From Hydrogenophaga sp. (lineage in GTDB: Bacteria > Pseudomonadota > Gammaproteobacteria > Burkholderiales > Burkholderiaceae_C), in contig NZ_JAHCKK010000015.1 in NCBI RefSeq assembly GCF_026125825.1, positions 629-64,628 of the forward strand: 64,000 bases of DNA. The letters are read 5' to 3'. Position numbers and translations under genes: made by a program. A model generated the notes under the pieces. It was not told where the DNA came from and did no database searches. It saw nothing but the letters and a program-made list of their open reading frames with translations. Below are positions 8,636 to 16,251 of the stretch, in pieces. The first letter of the stretch is position 1. Each line of letters opens with the position of its first letter.

Positions 8636-9294
8636 AGCGACACGACGCCGCCCTGACCACCCGCCTGGACATCCCGCGCCTGAGCCCCACCCTGGTGGCC
8701 GCCGCGGCAAAGCTGCCCACCGCCACGCTGCACGAAGCGGCGAAGAAGATCGGCGCCCTGCCCTCGGCCATCCGGCCAGTGGCACCGGGCTTTCGTTGCG
8801 CCGGTTCGGCGCTCACCGTGCATTCCCCCGGCGGCGACAACCTCTGGCTGCACCGCGCGCTCGAGGTGGCGCAGGCCGGCGACGTGATGGTGGTGTTCGC
8901 CAACGGCGCCCACGAGCACGGCTACTGGGGCGAGATCATGACCACCATGGCCAAGGTCAAGGGACTGGCCGGCCTGGTGATCGACGGCTGCGTGCGCGAT
9001 GGCGTGCTGCTGGGCGAGATCGGCTTCCCGGTGTTCGCGCGCGGCCTGTGCATCCAGGGCACGGGCAAGGACTTCGGCGCCATCGGCTGGATCAACCACC
9101 CGGTTCTGATGGGTCAGGTGGTGGTGCAGGCAGGCGACCTGATCGTGGGCGATGCAGACGGCGTGGTGGCGATTCCGCACGCGCGCGCGGCCGAGGCGGT
9201 CGCTGCGGGCGAGCGGCGCGAAGCCGACGAGGCCGCCATCCTGCGCCGGCTCGAAGCGGGCGAAAGCACGATGGCCGTCTATGGCTGGCACTGA
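8632..9294 (+). CDS. RraA-family protein, copy 3
   Basis: Start at ATG 8632 (MKRHDAALT...), overlapping the copy 2 stop as ATGA. Has TATLHEAAKK, YWGEIMTT, VRDGVL and GDADGVVAIP. Confidence 0.85.
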   Translation: MKRHDAALTTRLDIPRLSPTLVAAAAKLPTATLHEAAKKIGALPSAIRPVAPGFRCAGSALTVHSPGGDNLWLHRALEVAQAGDVMVVFANGAHEHGYWGEIMTTMAKVKGLAGLVIDGCVRDGVLLGEIGFPVFARGLCIQGTGKDFGAIGWINHPVLMGQVVVQAGDLIVGDADGVVAIPHARAAEAVAAGERREADEAAILRRLEAGESTMAVYGWH

Positions 9295-9295
9295 G

Positions 9296-10072
9296 ATGAA
9301 CGCCCCCTCGGCGCCCCGGCTGTCGGTGGACGGCTGCGTGGCCACGGTCACGCTGAACCGGCCCGCGCACCGCAACCGGCTGGAGGCCGGCGACCTGAAC
9401 ACCTTGCTGGACCAGTTCGAGCGGGTCAATGCCGACCCCGCCATCCGCGTGCTTGTGCTCACGGCGCTCACCGAAGGCCAGGGCCGGCCGGTGTTCTGCG
9501 CCGGCTACCATATCGGCAGCTTCGACGATCAGGACAGCGATCCCCGGCTGTTCGAGCGCGTGGCCAACGCGCTGGCGGCGCTGCGCCCGGTCACCGTGTG
9601 CGCGCTCAACGGCAGCGTTTACGGTGGCGCCACCGACCTGATGCTGGCCTGCGACCTGGTCATTGGCCTGACCGGCATCGAGTTCCGCATGCCTGCGACC
9701 GCGCTCGGCCTGCACTACTACCCGGCCGGCCTGCAACGCTACGTGGCGCGGCTGGGCCTCTCGGGCGCCAAGCGCGCCTTTCTCTCGGCGCGCCCGTTCA
9801 CGGCCGAGATGCTGTGGCAAGCCGGCTGCCTGGAGGCACTGGTCGCACCCGAAGACTTCGATGCCACGGTGAACCAACTGGTGAAGGAGCTCGTGGCGCT
9901 GGCGCCGCTGGCGGTACAGGCGACCAAACAGTCGCTCAACGAGATCGCCGCCGGCGTGACCGACCTCGCGGCCATGCGCGCACGAGAAGCGCTGACATCG
10001 GCCAGCGCAGACTTCGCCGAAGGGCGCCAAGCGTTTCAGGAGAAACGCTTGCCGCGATTCTCGGGACGGTAG
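9296..10072 (+). CDS. enoyl-CoA hydratase/isomerase (crotonase) family protein
   Basis: Start at ATG 9296, 1 nt after the preceding stop. Has VATVTLNRPAHRNRL, FCAGYHIG and the C-terminal ADFAEGRQAFQEKRLPRF. Confidence 0.85.
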   Translation: MNAPSAPRLSVDGCVATVTLNRPAHRNRLEAGDLNTLLDQFERVNADPAIRVLVLTALTEGQGRPVFCAGYHIGSFDDQDSDPRLFERVANALAALRPVTVCALNGSVYGGATDLMLACDLVIGLTGIEFRMPATALGLHYYPAGLQRYVARLGLSGAKRAFLSARPFTAEMLWQAGCLEALVAPEDFDATVNQLVKELVALAPLAVQATKQSLNEIAAGVTDLAAMRAREALTSASADFAEGRQAFQEKRLPRFSGR

Positions 10073-10236
10073 GCAGCGTCGGCGAAAGAGGTGAGCGATT
10101 CGAAACCTCATCCGATCGCTCTCTCGCAAGGCCTGTTCTCTTCACAACGCCGCTTGCGAGCGCTTTTTCAGCGGCTCAAGAACGCTTTCCAGGCTGCCTC
10201 AGCCCCATAGACCGGTCCGAGAGGGGGCGGTACCCC

Positions 10237-10274
10237 AAAGAAAAACGGGCTAGCCCTTTTGGAGCTAACCCGTT
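10237..10274 (-). terminator. intrinsic terminator downstream of the tRNA-Arg fragment
   Basis: Read on the minus strand: imperfect hairpin (AACGGG..TAGC / GCTA..CCCGTT) followed by TTTTTCTTT, located 17 nt past the tRNA CCA end. Confidence 0.45.
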
Positions 10275-10291
10275 GTTCTCATTACGAATAA

Positions 10292-10337
10292 TGGTGCGGC
10301 TGGCAGGAATTGAACCCACGACCCCTTGGTTCGTAGC
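10292..10337 (-). tRNA. truncated tRNA-Arg(ACG): 3' half only (anticodon loop to CCA); att-type scar, not a functional gene
   Basis: The minus strand reads G-CTACGAA-CCAAG-GGGTC-GTGGG-TTCAATT-CCTGC-CAGCCGC-A-CCA. These are anticodon loop, 3' anticodon stem, variable loop, T-arm, acceptor 3' strand and CCA. No matching GCGGCTG acceptor 5' strand or D-arm lies upstream. Confidence 0.7.
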
Positions 10338-10638
10338 TACCAGATCATCTTTAAGTTGTTGATTTATATAGGCTCTGTGACCGCTCAGTGTACCAAAACT
10401 ACCCTGTTTAGACGTGTATTTCAGAGCCCAGTCCCGCAAAAGTCCCGCAGAGAAATTGCGTGCGAAGATACATCGACCAATTTCTGCGAACGGGGCGCAG
10501 ACGTTTTCTGTAGCGTGAGCAGTCGCCCGGTGAGTGTTGTGAAGCGACAAAAATGCGCCCGCTCCTTCTGAGCTGTCGGGGAGATAGGTGTCGATAACTA
10601 TATCTTATCGGCACTAATTTATATCAGAGAGCAGGGCG

Positions 10639-10894
10639 ATGCCAACGAAAAGTACGAGAGTCTCCCGGGGCGTCCAAGTCGATGACGTTTGGGCCGCGGC
10701 CGACGGCGTGCTTGCCCAACGCAAGCGGCCCACGATCGAGCGCGTGCGCACGCACCTCGGTCGCGGATCCGCGCCGGCGCCGCCACCTTGAAGACTTCAC
10801 CATTCACGTGCCGCAAGGTCGGTCAGAGCCCCTTTCTGCGCGAGTTGATCATTCCCTTTGGACGATCTGGATACGTCGTGTTGAGTTCCACTGA
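10639..10894 (+). pseudogene. decayed KfrA_N-like DNA-binding protein gene fragment
   Basis: ATG 10639 gives MPTKSTRVSRGVQVDDVWAAADGVLAQRKRPTIERVRTHLGRGS, then a stop at 10789-10791. This resembles the KfrA N-terminal domain. The expected RHL-type continuation appears in another frame (RRRRHLEDF...) ending at 10894, and the long coiled-coil part is missing. Confidence 0.35.
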
Positions 10895-10945
10895 TCTCTG
10901 CCGCTCTACGGGGGTCAGTTTTCAACGGAAGCCAACAGGCGGGCT

Positions 10946-11728
10946 CTACAACTGCAGTGCAAACGTCCTTCGTGCCACTTCAAGTTCTGGCATCAACTTG
11001 TTCACGACATCGTCGCGTGACATGCGCGAAGTGGCCACGGAAAGACTCATAGCCCCCAGCAACTCACCCTTTCCATTGCGCACCGGCACGGCAATGGAAC
11101 GCAAGCCAATTTCCAGCTCTTCGTCACTCATCGAATAACCGCACTCGCGCGCAGCCTGCACCTCCTTCATCAGTGCCGCCACGTCAGTCTTTGTTTTCGG
11201 CGTAATCGCCTGGCGACTCATTCGCTGAAGGCGGAATTCAACCTCCTCGTCTGACATACCCGCGAGAAGCACTCGCCCGGTTGCAGAACAATAGGCGGGC
11301 AATCGCGCGCCGATACCGAGTCCGAAAGACAAGCTGCGCCGCTGAGTTGAGCGTGCAACGAAAACGACAAACTGCGAGTCCAGCACCGCCAGCGACGCGG
11401 ACTCGCGCGTGCGCTCACTAGTGATCTCCAGGATGGGCTGCGCCACCTTGGTCAGGGGCGTAGAGTTCACGTAGGCGTGCACCAGCCGCAAGGTGCGCGG
11501 CTCGAGAAAAAAATGCCGCCCCGATGCTCGCGCGTAGCCTAGCTTGACGAGGGTAAGCAGGGCGCGGCGAGTCGAGGCCTTGCTGTGGCCTGTGATATCG
11601 GCCGCTTCGGTCAGCGTCAGAGGCGAATTGCTGACGCCGAAGGCCTCGATCAGGAGTAGGCCCTTCTCCAGACCCATGACGTATTCCTTGTCAACTGCAC
11701 GCGCTTCATCGTCCATTTGCGGCCCCAC
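10946..11728 (-). CDS. IclR-family transcriptional regulator (TphR/PcaR-like), divergent from the oxygenase operon
   Basis: Has LEKGLLLIEAF, an HTH (LTLTEAADITGHSKASTRRALLTLVKLGY) and an IclR effector domain. The longest ORF starts at GTG 11728. Alternative starts are ATG 11716, or ATG 11677 preceded by AAGGA. Confidence 0.9.
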   Translation of the reverse strand: MGPQMDDEARAVDKEYVMGLEKGLLLIEAFGVSNSPLTLTEAADITGHSKASTRRALLTLVKLGYARASGRHFFLEPRTLRLVHAYVNSTPLTKVAQPILEITSERTRESASLAVLDSQFVVFVARSTQRRSLSFGLGIGARLPAYCSATGRVLLAGMSDEEVEFRLQRMSRQAITPKTKTDVAALMKEVQAARECGYSMSDEELEIGLRSIAVPVRNGKGELLGAMSLSVATSRMSRDDVVNKLMPELEVARRTFALQL

Positions 11729-11740
11729 TCGAAGTTGAAT

Positions 11741-11757
11741 AAGTTCGGTATTCGAAC
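11741..11757. promoter_or_regulatory. candidate IclR operator, copy 1 (AAGTTCGGTATTCGAAC)
   Basis: Contains the inverted repeat GTTCG-N5-CGAAC. A near-identical copy lies 83 bp downstream. Confidence 0.45.
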
Positions 11758-11773
11758 ATTTTGCCGGATTTTG

Positions 11774-11802
11774 TTGACCTTCATCAACTCAAAAAATACA
11801 GT
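11774..11802 (+). promoter_or_regulatory. candidate sigma70 promoter of the oxygenase operon
   Basis: TTGACC (11774-11779), a 17-nt spacer, then TACAGT (11797-11802). Lies between the two operator-like repeats. Confidence 0.4.
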
Positions 11803-11823
11803 CGCGGTTCACCAAACGGTCAA

Positions 11824-11840
11824 AAGTTCGGTATCCGAAT
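11824..11840. promoter_or_regulatory. candidate IclR operator, copy 2 (AAGTTCGGTATCCGAAT)
   Basis: 15 of 17 positions identical to 11741-11757. Lies between the candidate promoter and the oxygenase start codon. Confidence 0.45.
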
Positions 11841-11868
11841 TCTTCCAAGGCAAGAACCCCACTGCATC

Positions 11869-13128
11869 ATGAGCGTCACCGCCCCTGCGAATAGCGCACC
11901 CCTAACCTTCTGGCCACCTGGGAACCTCACCCGCGTGCCATACCACCTGTACCAGGAACCGGCCGTGCTCGACGCCGAGCAACAGCGCATCTTCGAAGGC
12001 GCGACCTGGAACTACCTGTGTCTCGAAGCCGAGTTGCCACAACCCGGCGGCTACCGCACGACGTTCCTCGGCCGCATGCCGGTGGTGGTGGCGCGCGACA
12101 GCGACGGCGAGGTGTACGCGTTCGAGAACCGCTGCTCGCACCGCGGCGCACTGATCGTCCTGGACGACGGCGGCACCGCGCGTGACTTCCAGTGCGTGTA
12201 CCACGCATGGCGTTATGACCGCCAGGGCAACCTCAAGGGCATCGCGTTCCAGAACGGCGTAAACGGAGAAGGCGGCATGGACCCTGCTTTCTGCATGAAG
12301 AGTCATGGTCCGCGCAAATTGAGAACGAGTGTGTTTTGTGGCCTGGTATTTGGCAGCCTGAGCGACGACGTGCCCGACCTGGAGGACTACCTCGGCCCGG
12401 AAATCGCGCGCGGCATCTCGCGCGTGCTGCACAAGCCGGTGCAGATCCTCGGCCGCTTCAAGCAGACGCTGCCCAACAACTGGAAGCTCTACGTGGAGAA
12501 CGTGCGCGACACGTACCACGCGAGCCTGCTGCACGTGTTCTTCACCACGTTCCGGCTCAACCGCCTTTCGCAGAAGGGCGGCGTGGTGGTGAGCGAATGT
12601 GGCGGCAACCACATCAGCTTCTCCGCCATCGACCCCATCGCCGAAAATAGCGAGGACTACAAGACCGAGGAGCTGCGTTCGGAGAAGGACGACTTCAAGC
12701 TCGAGGACGCCACGCTGTTGAAAGGAATAGACGAGTTCGGCGATGGCGTGACGCTGCAGATCCTCTCGGTATTTCCGGGCTTCGTGCTGGCGCAGATACA
12801 GAACACCATCGCGGTACGCCAGGTGCTGCCCGAAGGCCTGGAGACCACCGCCCTGAATTGGGTGTACCTCGGCTTCCAGGACGACACACCCGAGCTGCGC
12901 ACCATGCGTCACAAGCAGTCCAACCTGATCGGGCCGGCCGGCTTCGTATCGATGGAGGACGGCGCTGTGGGCGGCTTTGTGCAACGCGGCATTGCCTCCG
13001 CTGGCGCGCAGGAAGCCATCGTCGAGATGGGCGGCGACAGCGTGCGCTCGCAGAGCAGCCGCACCACGGAAGCGTCCGTGCGCGGCTTCTGGAAAGCCTA
13101 CCGCCTGCACATGGGAGCGGATGCATGA
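11869..13128 (+). CDS. Rieske aromatic ring-hydroxylating dioxygenase alpha subunit, terephthalate 1,2-dioxygenase (TphA2)-like
   Basis: 419 aa from ATG 11869. Rieske motif CSHRG...CVYHAW and mononuclear-iron motif [16 protein letters not shown] overlap with the beta subunit. The overall residue pattern matches my recollection of TphA2 far better than NagG. Confidence 0.9.
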   Translation: MSVTAPANSAPLTFWPPGNLTRVPYHLYQEPAVLDAEQQRIFEGATWNYLCLEAELPQPGGYRTTFLGRMPVVVARDSDGEVYAFENRCSHRGALIVLDDGGTARDFQCVYHAWRYDRQGNLKGIAFQNGVNGEGGMDPAFCMKSHGPRKLRTSVFCGLVFGSLSDDVPDLEDYLGPEIARGISRVLHKPVQILGRFKQTLPNNWKLYVENVRDTYHASLLHVFFTTFRLNRLSQKGGVVVSECGGNHISFSAIDPIAENSEDYKTEELRSEKDDFKLEDATLLKGIDEFGDGVTLQILSVFPGFVLAQIQNTIAVRQVLPEGLETTALNWVYLGFQDDTPELRTMRHKQSNLIGPAGFVSMEDGAVGGFVQRGIASAGAQEAIVEMGGDSVRSQSSRTTEASVRGFWKAYRLHMGADA

Positions 13129-13601
13129 ACGCGGTGATCGACACCGCGAGCGCGTTGGCGCTCAACGCGCATTGCGCGCGCTGCATCGACAACGACGAGC
13201 TCGAAGCCTGGACGCAGTTCTTCACCGAACACTGCCTCTACCGCGTGACCACCGCCGACAACCATGCGCAAGGCATGGAAGCCAGCCTGATCTACGCCGA
13301 CTCGCGCGCCATGCTCAACGACCGCGTGCTCTCACTGCGCACCGCCAACGTCTACGAGAAACAACGTTACCGCCACCTGGTGGGCCTGCCCTCCCTGCTG
13401 GAGGACACGCCGCGCGGGCGCCGCAGCGAAACCCCGTTTGTGGTGGTGCGCATCATGCGTGGCGGCGAGACCAGCCTCTTCGCCACCGGGCGCTACCTCG
13501 ACGAGCTGGTGATCGATGGAGGCGATACCCTGCGCCTGGCCAGCCGTGTGGTGGTCTGCGACAGCCACAACATCGACACGCTGCTGGCCATTCCCCTGTG
13601 A
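13125..13601 (+). CDS. ring-hydroxylating dioxygenase beta (small) subunit, TphA3-like
   Basis: 158 aa. SnoaL/NTF2-like small-subunit pattern ([27 protein letters not shown]-terminal DTLLAIPL). Confidence 0.9.
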   Translation: MNAVIDTASALALNAHCARCIDNDELEAWTQFFTEHCLYRVTTADNHAQGMEASLIYADSRAMLNDRVLSLRTANVYEKQRYRHLVGLPSLLEDTPRGRRSETPFVVVRIMRGGETSLFATGRYLDELVIDGGDTLRLASRVVVCDSHNIDTLLAIPL

Positions 13602-13608
13602 GCAAGCC

Positions 13609-14643
13609 GTGAGCACCCCGCACCTCATACGCATCGCCGGGATGGCCACCGCCATCCCCTGCGCCGCTGGTCAGACAGTGCTCGACGCAGTGCGACAGGC
13701 CGGCTACGAGATGCCGTTCTCGTGCAACTCGGGCGTGTGCGCGAGCTGCAAGGGCCGCGTCGTCTCGGGCCGGGTGAACCCCGGCGCGGCGGGTGAGCAT
13801 ACGCTCACGGCGGACGAGATCGCGCACGGACAGGTGCTGTTCTGCCAGGCGCGCCCGCTCACCGACATCGAGATCGAACCGCGCCAGATCGAGAAAACCG
13901 ATCCGAACGCGCGCCGCCAGCTCGCCGCCAGGGTCATGCGCATCGACTTTCTGGCCAGCGACGTGGCGCGCCTCAAGCTGCGTTTTCCGGCGGGCGAGAA
14001 GGTGAAGTTCAAGGCCGGCCAGTACCTGCAGGTGCTGCTGCCCGACGGCCAGCGCCGCAGCTTCTCCATGGCCAACCCGCCGCACCAGAACGATGGCGCC
14101 GAGCTGCATATCCGCATGCTGGAAGGCGGCGCGTTCTCGCATTGGCTCGCGCACGACCTCAAGGTGGGTGACCACCTCCGGGTCGAACTGCCGCATGGCG
14201 ACTTTCACCTGCGCGAGGGCAGCACCGCGCCCATCGTGATGCTCGCCAGCGGCACCGGCTTCGCACCCATCAAGTCGATGGTCGAGGACGGCCTGCGCCG
14301 GGGCCAGGCACGCGAGATCGCACTCTACTGGGGCGCGCGCACCGAGAAGGACCTGTACCTGCTCGACCTGGCGCGCGGCTGGGGAGAGCAGGCCGGCCTG
14401 CGCTTCGTGCCCGTGCTCTCCGAACCCGAGGCCGGCTGGAGCGGTCGCACCGGCTTCGTGCACCAGGCCGTGCTGCAAGACCACGACAGTCTTGCCGGCC
14501 ACCAGGTCTACGCCTGCGGCGCGCCTGCCATGGTGAGCGCGGCGCGCAGCGATTTCGTCGAAACCCGCGGCCTGCCGCCCGATGCGTTCTTCTGCGACGC
14601 GTTCGTGGTGGCCCAGCCCCGCACCTCCGCGCTGACCGACTGA
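13609..14643 (+). CDS. dioxygenase reductase component: N-terminal plant-type [2Fe-2S] ferredoxin fused to an FNR-type FAD/NAD(P)H reductase (TphA1-like)
   Basis: GTG 13609 chosen (ATG 13642 is possible). Has CNSGVCASC...C, RRSFSMANPPH (RxYS-type flavin motif) and GTGFAPIKS (NAD site). Confidence 0.85.
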   Translation: MSTPHLIRIAGMATAIPCAAGQTVLDAVRQAGYEMPFSCNSGVCASCKGRVVSGRVNPGAAGEHTLTADEIAHGQVLFCQARPLTDIEIEPRQIEKTDPNARRQLAARVMRIDFLASDVARLKLRFPAGEKVKFKAGQYLQVLLPDGQRRSFSMANPPHQNDGAELHIRMLEGGAFSHWLAHDLKVGDHLRVELPHGDFHLREGSTAPIVMLASGTGFAPIKSMVEDGLRRGQAREIALYWGARTEKDLYLLDLARGWGEQAGLRFVPVLSEPEAGWSGRTGFVHQAVLQDHDSLAGHQVYACGAPAMVSAARSDFVETRGLPPDAFFCDAFVVAQPRTSALTD

Positions 14644-14668
14644 AGCACACCCGAAGAAGAGCCATTCC

Positions 14669-15889
14669 ATGACCCATCCCAACCCCTACGACAACGTTCC
14701 CACCAGCGACTTCGACCCGTACGCCACCGAGGTGCTGGCCAACCCCTATCCCCACTACGAGCAGCTGCGCGAACTCGGCCCCTGGGCCTGGCTGGAGCGC
14801 TACGGCGTGCTTGCGGTCGCACGCCACGACGAAGTGCAGCGCATCCTGTCTCAGCCCGACATCTTCTGTTCCAGCGCGGGCGTGGGCCTTGCCAACTTCC
14901 ACACCGAGACGCCCTGGCGCAAGCCCAGCATCATTCTCGAAGCAGACCCGCCCCACCACAGCCGCACCCGCAAGGTGGTGGCGCGCGTGCTCTCGCCCGC
15001 ATCGATCGGACGCCTGCGCGCCACTTTCGAGGACGTGGCCGCGCGCATGGTCGACGAGCTCGTGGAACGCGGCTCGTTCGACGCCGCCAAAGAACTGTGC
15101 GAGGCCTTTCCCATTAAGGCCTTCGGCGACGCGGTGGGCCTGCCCGCCGAGGGGCGCGAGCACCTGCTGCCCTACGGTGACATGGTGTTCAATGGCTTCG
15201 GCCCGATCAACGAGCGTTTCCAAGACCGAATGAACAGCTCGGGCGAAGCGGTGAACTGGATCGCCAAGGTCTGCCAGCGCGACGCGCTCACGCCCGACGG
15301 CCTGGGCGCCCAGCTGTTCGCCGCCGCCGACGCGGGCGAGATAGGCCACGACGAGGCCGGCATGCTGGTTCGCACCCTGCTCTCCGCCGGGCTGGACACC
15401 ACCGTGTTCACCCTGTGCAACGCCTTCACCAGCTTCGCGCGCAACCCCGGTCAATGGGCCCTGCTGCGCGACGACCCCTCGCTGGCGCGCCAGGCACTCG
15501 AAGAGGTACTGCGCTACGACAGCACCTTCCACTCTTTCTACCGCACCAGCACCCAGGACGTGGAACTCGGCGGCATCACCGTGAAGCAGGGCCAGAAGAT
15601 CGTGGTGTTCATCGCCTCGGCCAACCGCGACCCGCGCCGCTGGCCCGAAGCCGACCGCTTCGACATCACCCGCCGCGCCACCGGCCACATGGCCTTCGGC
15701 ACGGGCATTCATGGCTGCGCCGGCCAGATGATGGCGCGCCTCGAAGGCGAGATCGTGCTCACCGCACTGGCCCGCCGCGTGGCCTCGATCCGCCTCGACG
15801 GCGAACCGGTCCAGCACTTCAACAACACGGTGCGCGGGCTCAAGAGCATGCCCGTGACGGTCGAGCCGCTGCTGGCCGCCGTGCACTGA
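14669..15889 (+). CDS. cytochrome P450, CYP199A-like (para-substituted benzoate oxidase/demethylase type)
   Basis: 406 aa. Heme-thiolate loop FGTGIHGCAGQ, I-helix SAGLDTTV, ExxR (EEVLR). Has PWRKPSIILEADPP and EGREHLLPY blocks as I recall them in CYP199A4. Confidence 0.9.
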   Translation: MTHPNPYDNVPTSDFDPYATEVLANPYPHYEQLRELGPWAWLERYGVLAVARHDEVQRILSQPDIFCSSAGVGLANFHTETPWRKPSIILEADPPHHSRTRKVVARVLSPASIGRLRATFEDVAARMVDELVERGSFDAAKELCEAFPIKAFGDAVGLPAEGREHLLPYGDMVFNGFGPINERFQDRMNSSGEAVNWIAKVCQRDALTPDGLGAQLFAAADAGEIGHDEAGMLVRTLLSAGLDTTVFTLCNAFTSFARNPGQWALLRDDPSLARQALEEVLRYDSTFHSFYRTSTQDVELGGITVKQGQKIVVFIASANRDPRRWPEADRFDITRRATGHMAFGTGIHGCAGQMMARLEGEIVLTALARRVASIRLDGEPVQHFNNTVRGLKSMPVTVEPLLAAVH

Positions 15890-15927
15890 CATCCCGCCCC
15901 ATTCGAACTAGAAGAGAGAAACCCACG

Positions 15928-16251
15928 ATGCCCCAGATCGTCTACGTACAACCCGACGGCTCCCGAGAAGCCGTGCCCGCCAGTCCCGGCGCTACCGTCA
16001 TGATGACCGCTGTCGGCCACGGCATTCCCGGCATCGTCGCCGAGTGCGGCGGCTCCGCCATGTGCGCCACCTGCCACGTGTACGTGGACCCGGCCTCGAT
16101 CGGCTTCCTGCCGCCCATCAGCGACGTCGAGGACGAAATGCTGGCCAGCGCCGCGGGCGAGCGCCGCGAACACAGCCGGTTGGGCTGCCAGCTCGCGCTG
16201 GCGCCCGGCGTGGACCAGCTGATCGTGCACATCCCGGAGCGGCAGGTCTGA
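15928..16251 (+). CDS. [2Fe-2S] ferredoxin, adrenodoxin/putidaredoxin type
   Basis: 107 aa from ATG 15928. Cluster ligands CGGSAMCATC...C(QL). Confidence 0.9.
   Translation: MPQIVYVQPDGSREAVPASPGATVMMTAVGHGIPGIVAECGGSAMCATCHVYVDPASIGFLPPISDVEDEMLASAAGERREHSRLGCQLALAPGVDQLIVHIPERQV

Noticed and set aside
10292-10380. Possibility of a complete tRNA (or tmRNA) gene
   Set aside because: The required 5' acceptor strand (GCGGCTG), the D-arm and the 5' anticodon stem are not present in the roughly 100 nt upstream on the minus strand. The acceptor end does not fit tmRNA.
10176-10550. 124-aa minus-strand ORF spanning the tRNA fragment
   Set aside because: It runs through the tRNA-Arg remnant and its terminator. 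It has no RBS or family resemblance, and the region is better explained as an att scar plus non-coding junction.
11761-11868. N-terminal extension of the Rieske alpha subunit ORF (track start 11761)
   Set aside because: The extension begins at a non-ATG codon and runs through the predicted promoter and second operator repeat. It is AT-richer, with no homology-like sequence. ATG 11869 gives a protein co-linear with TphA2-type subunits.
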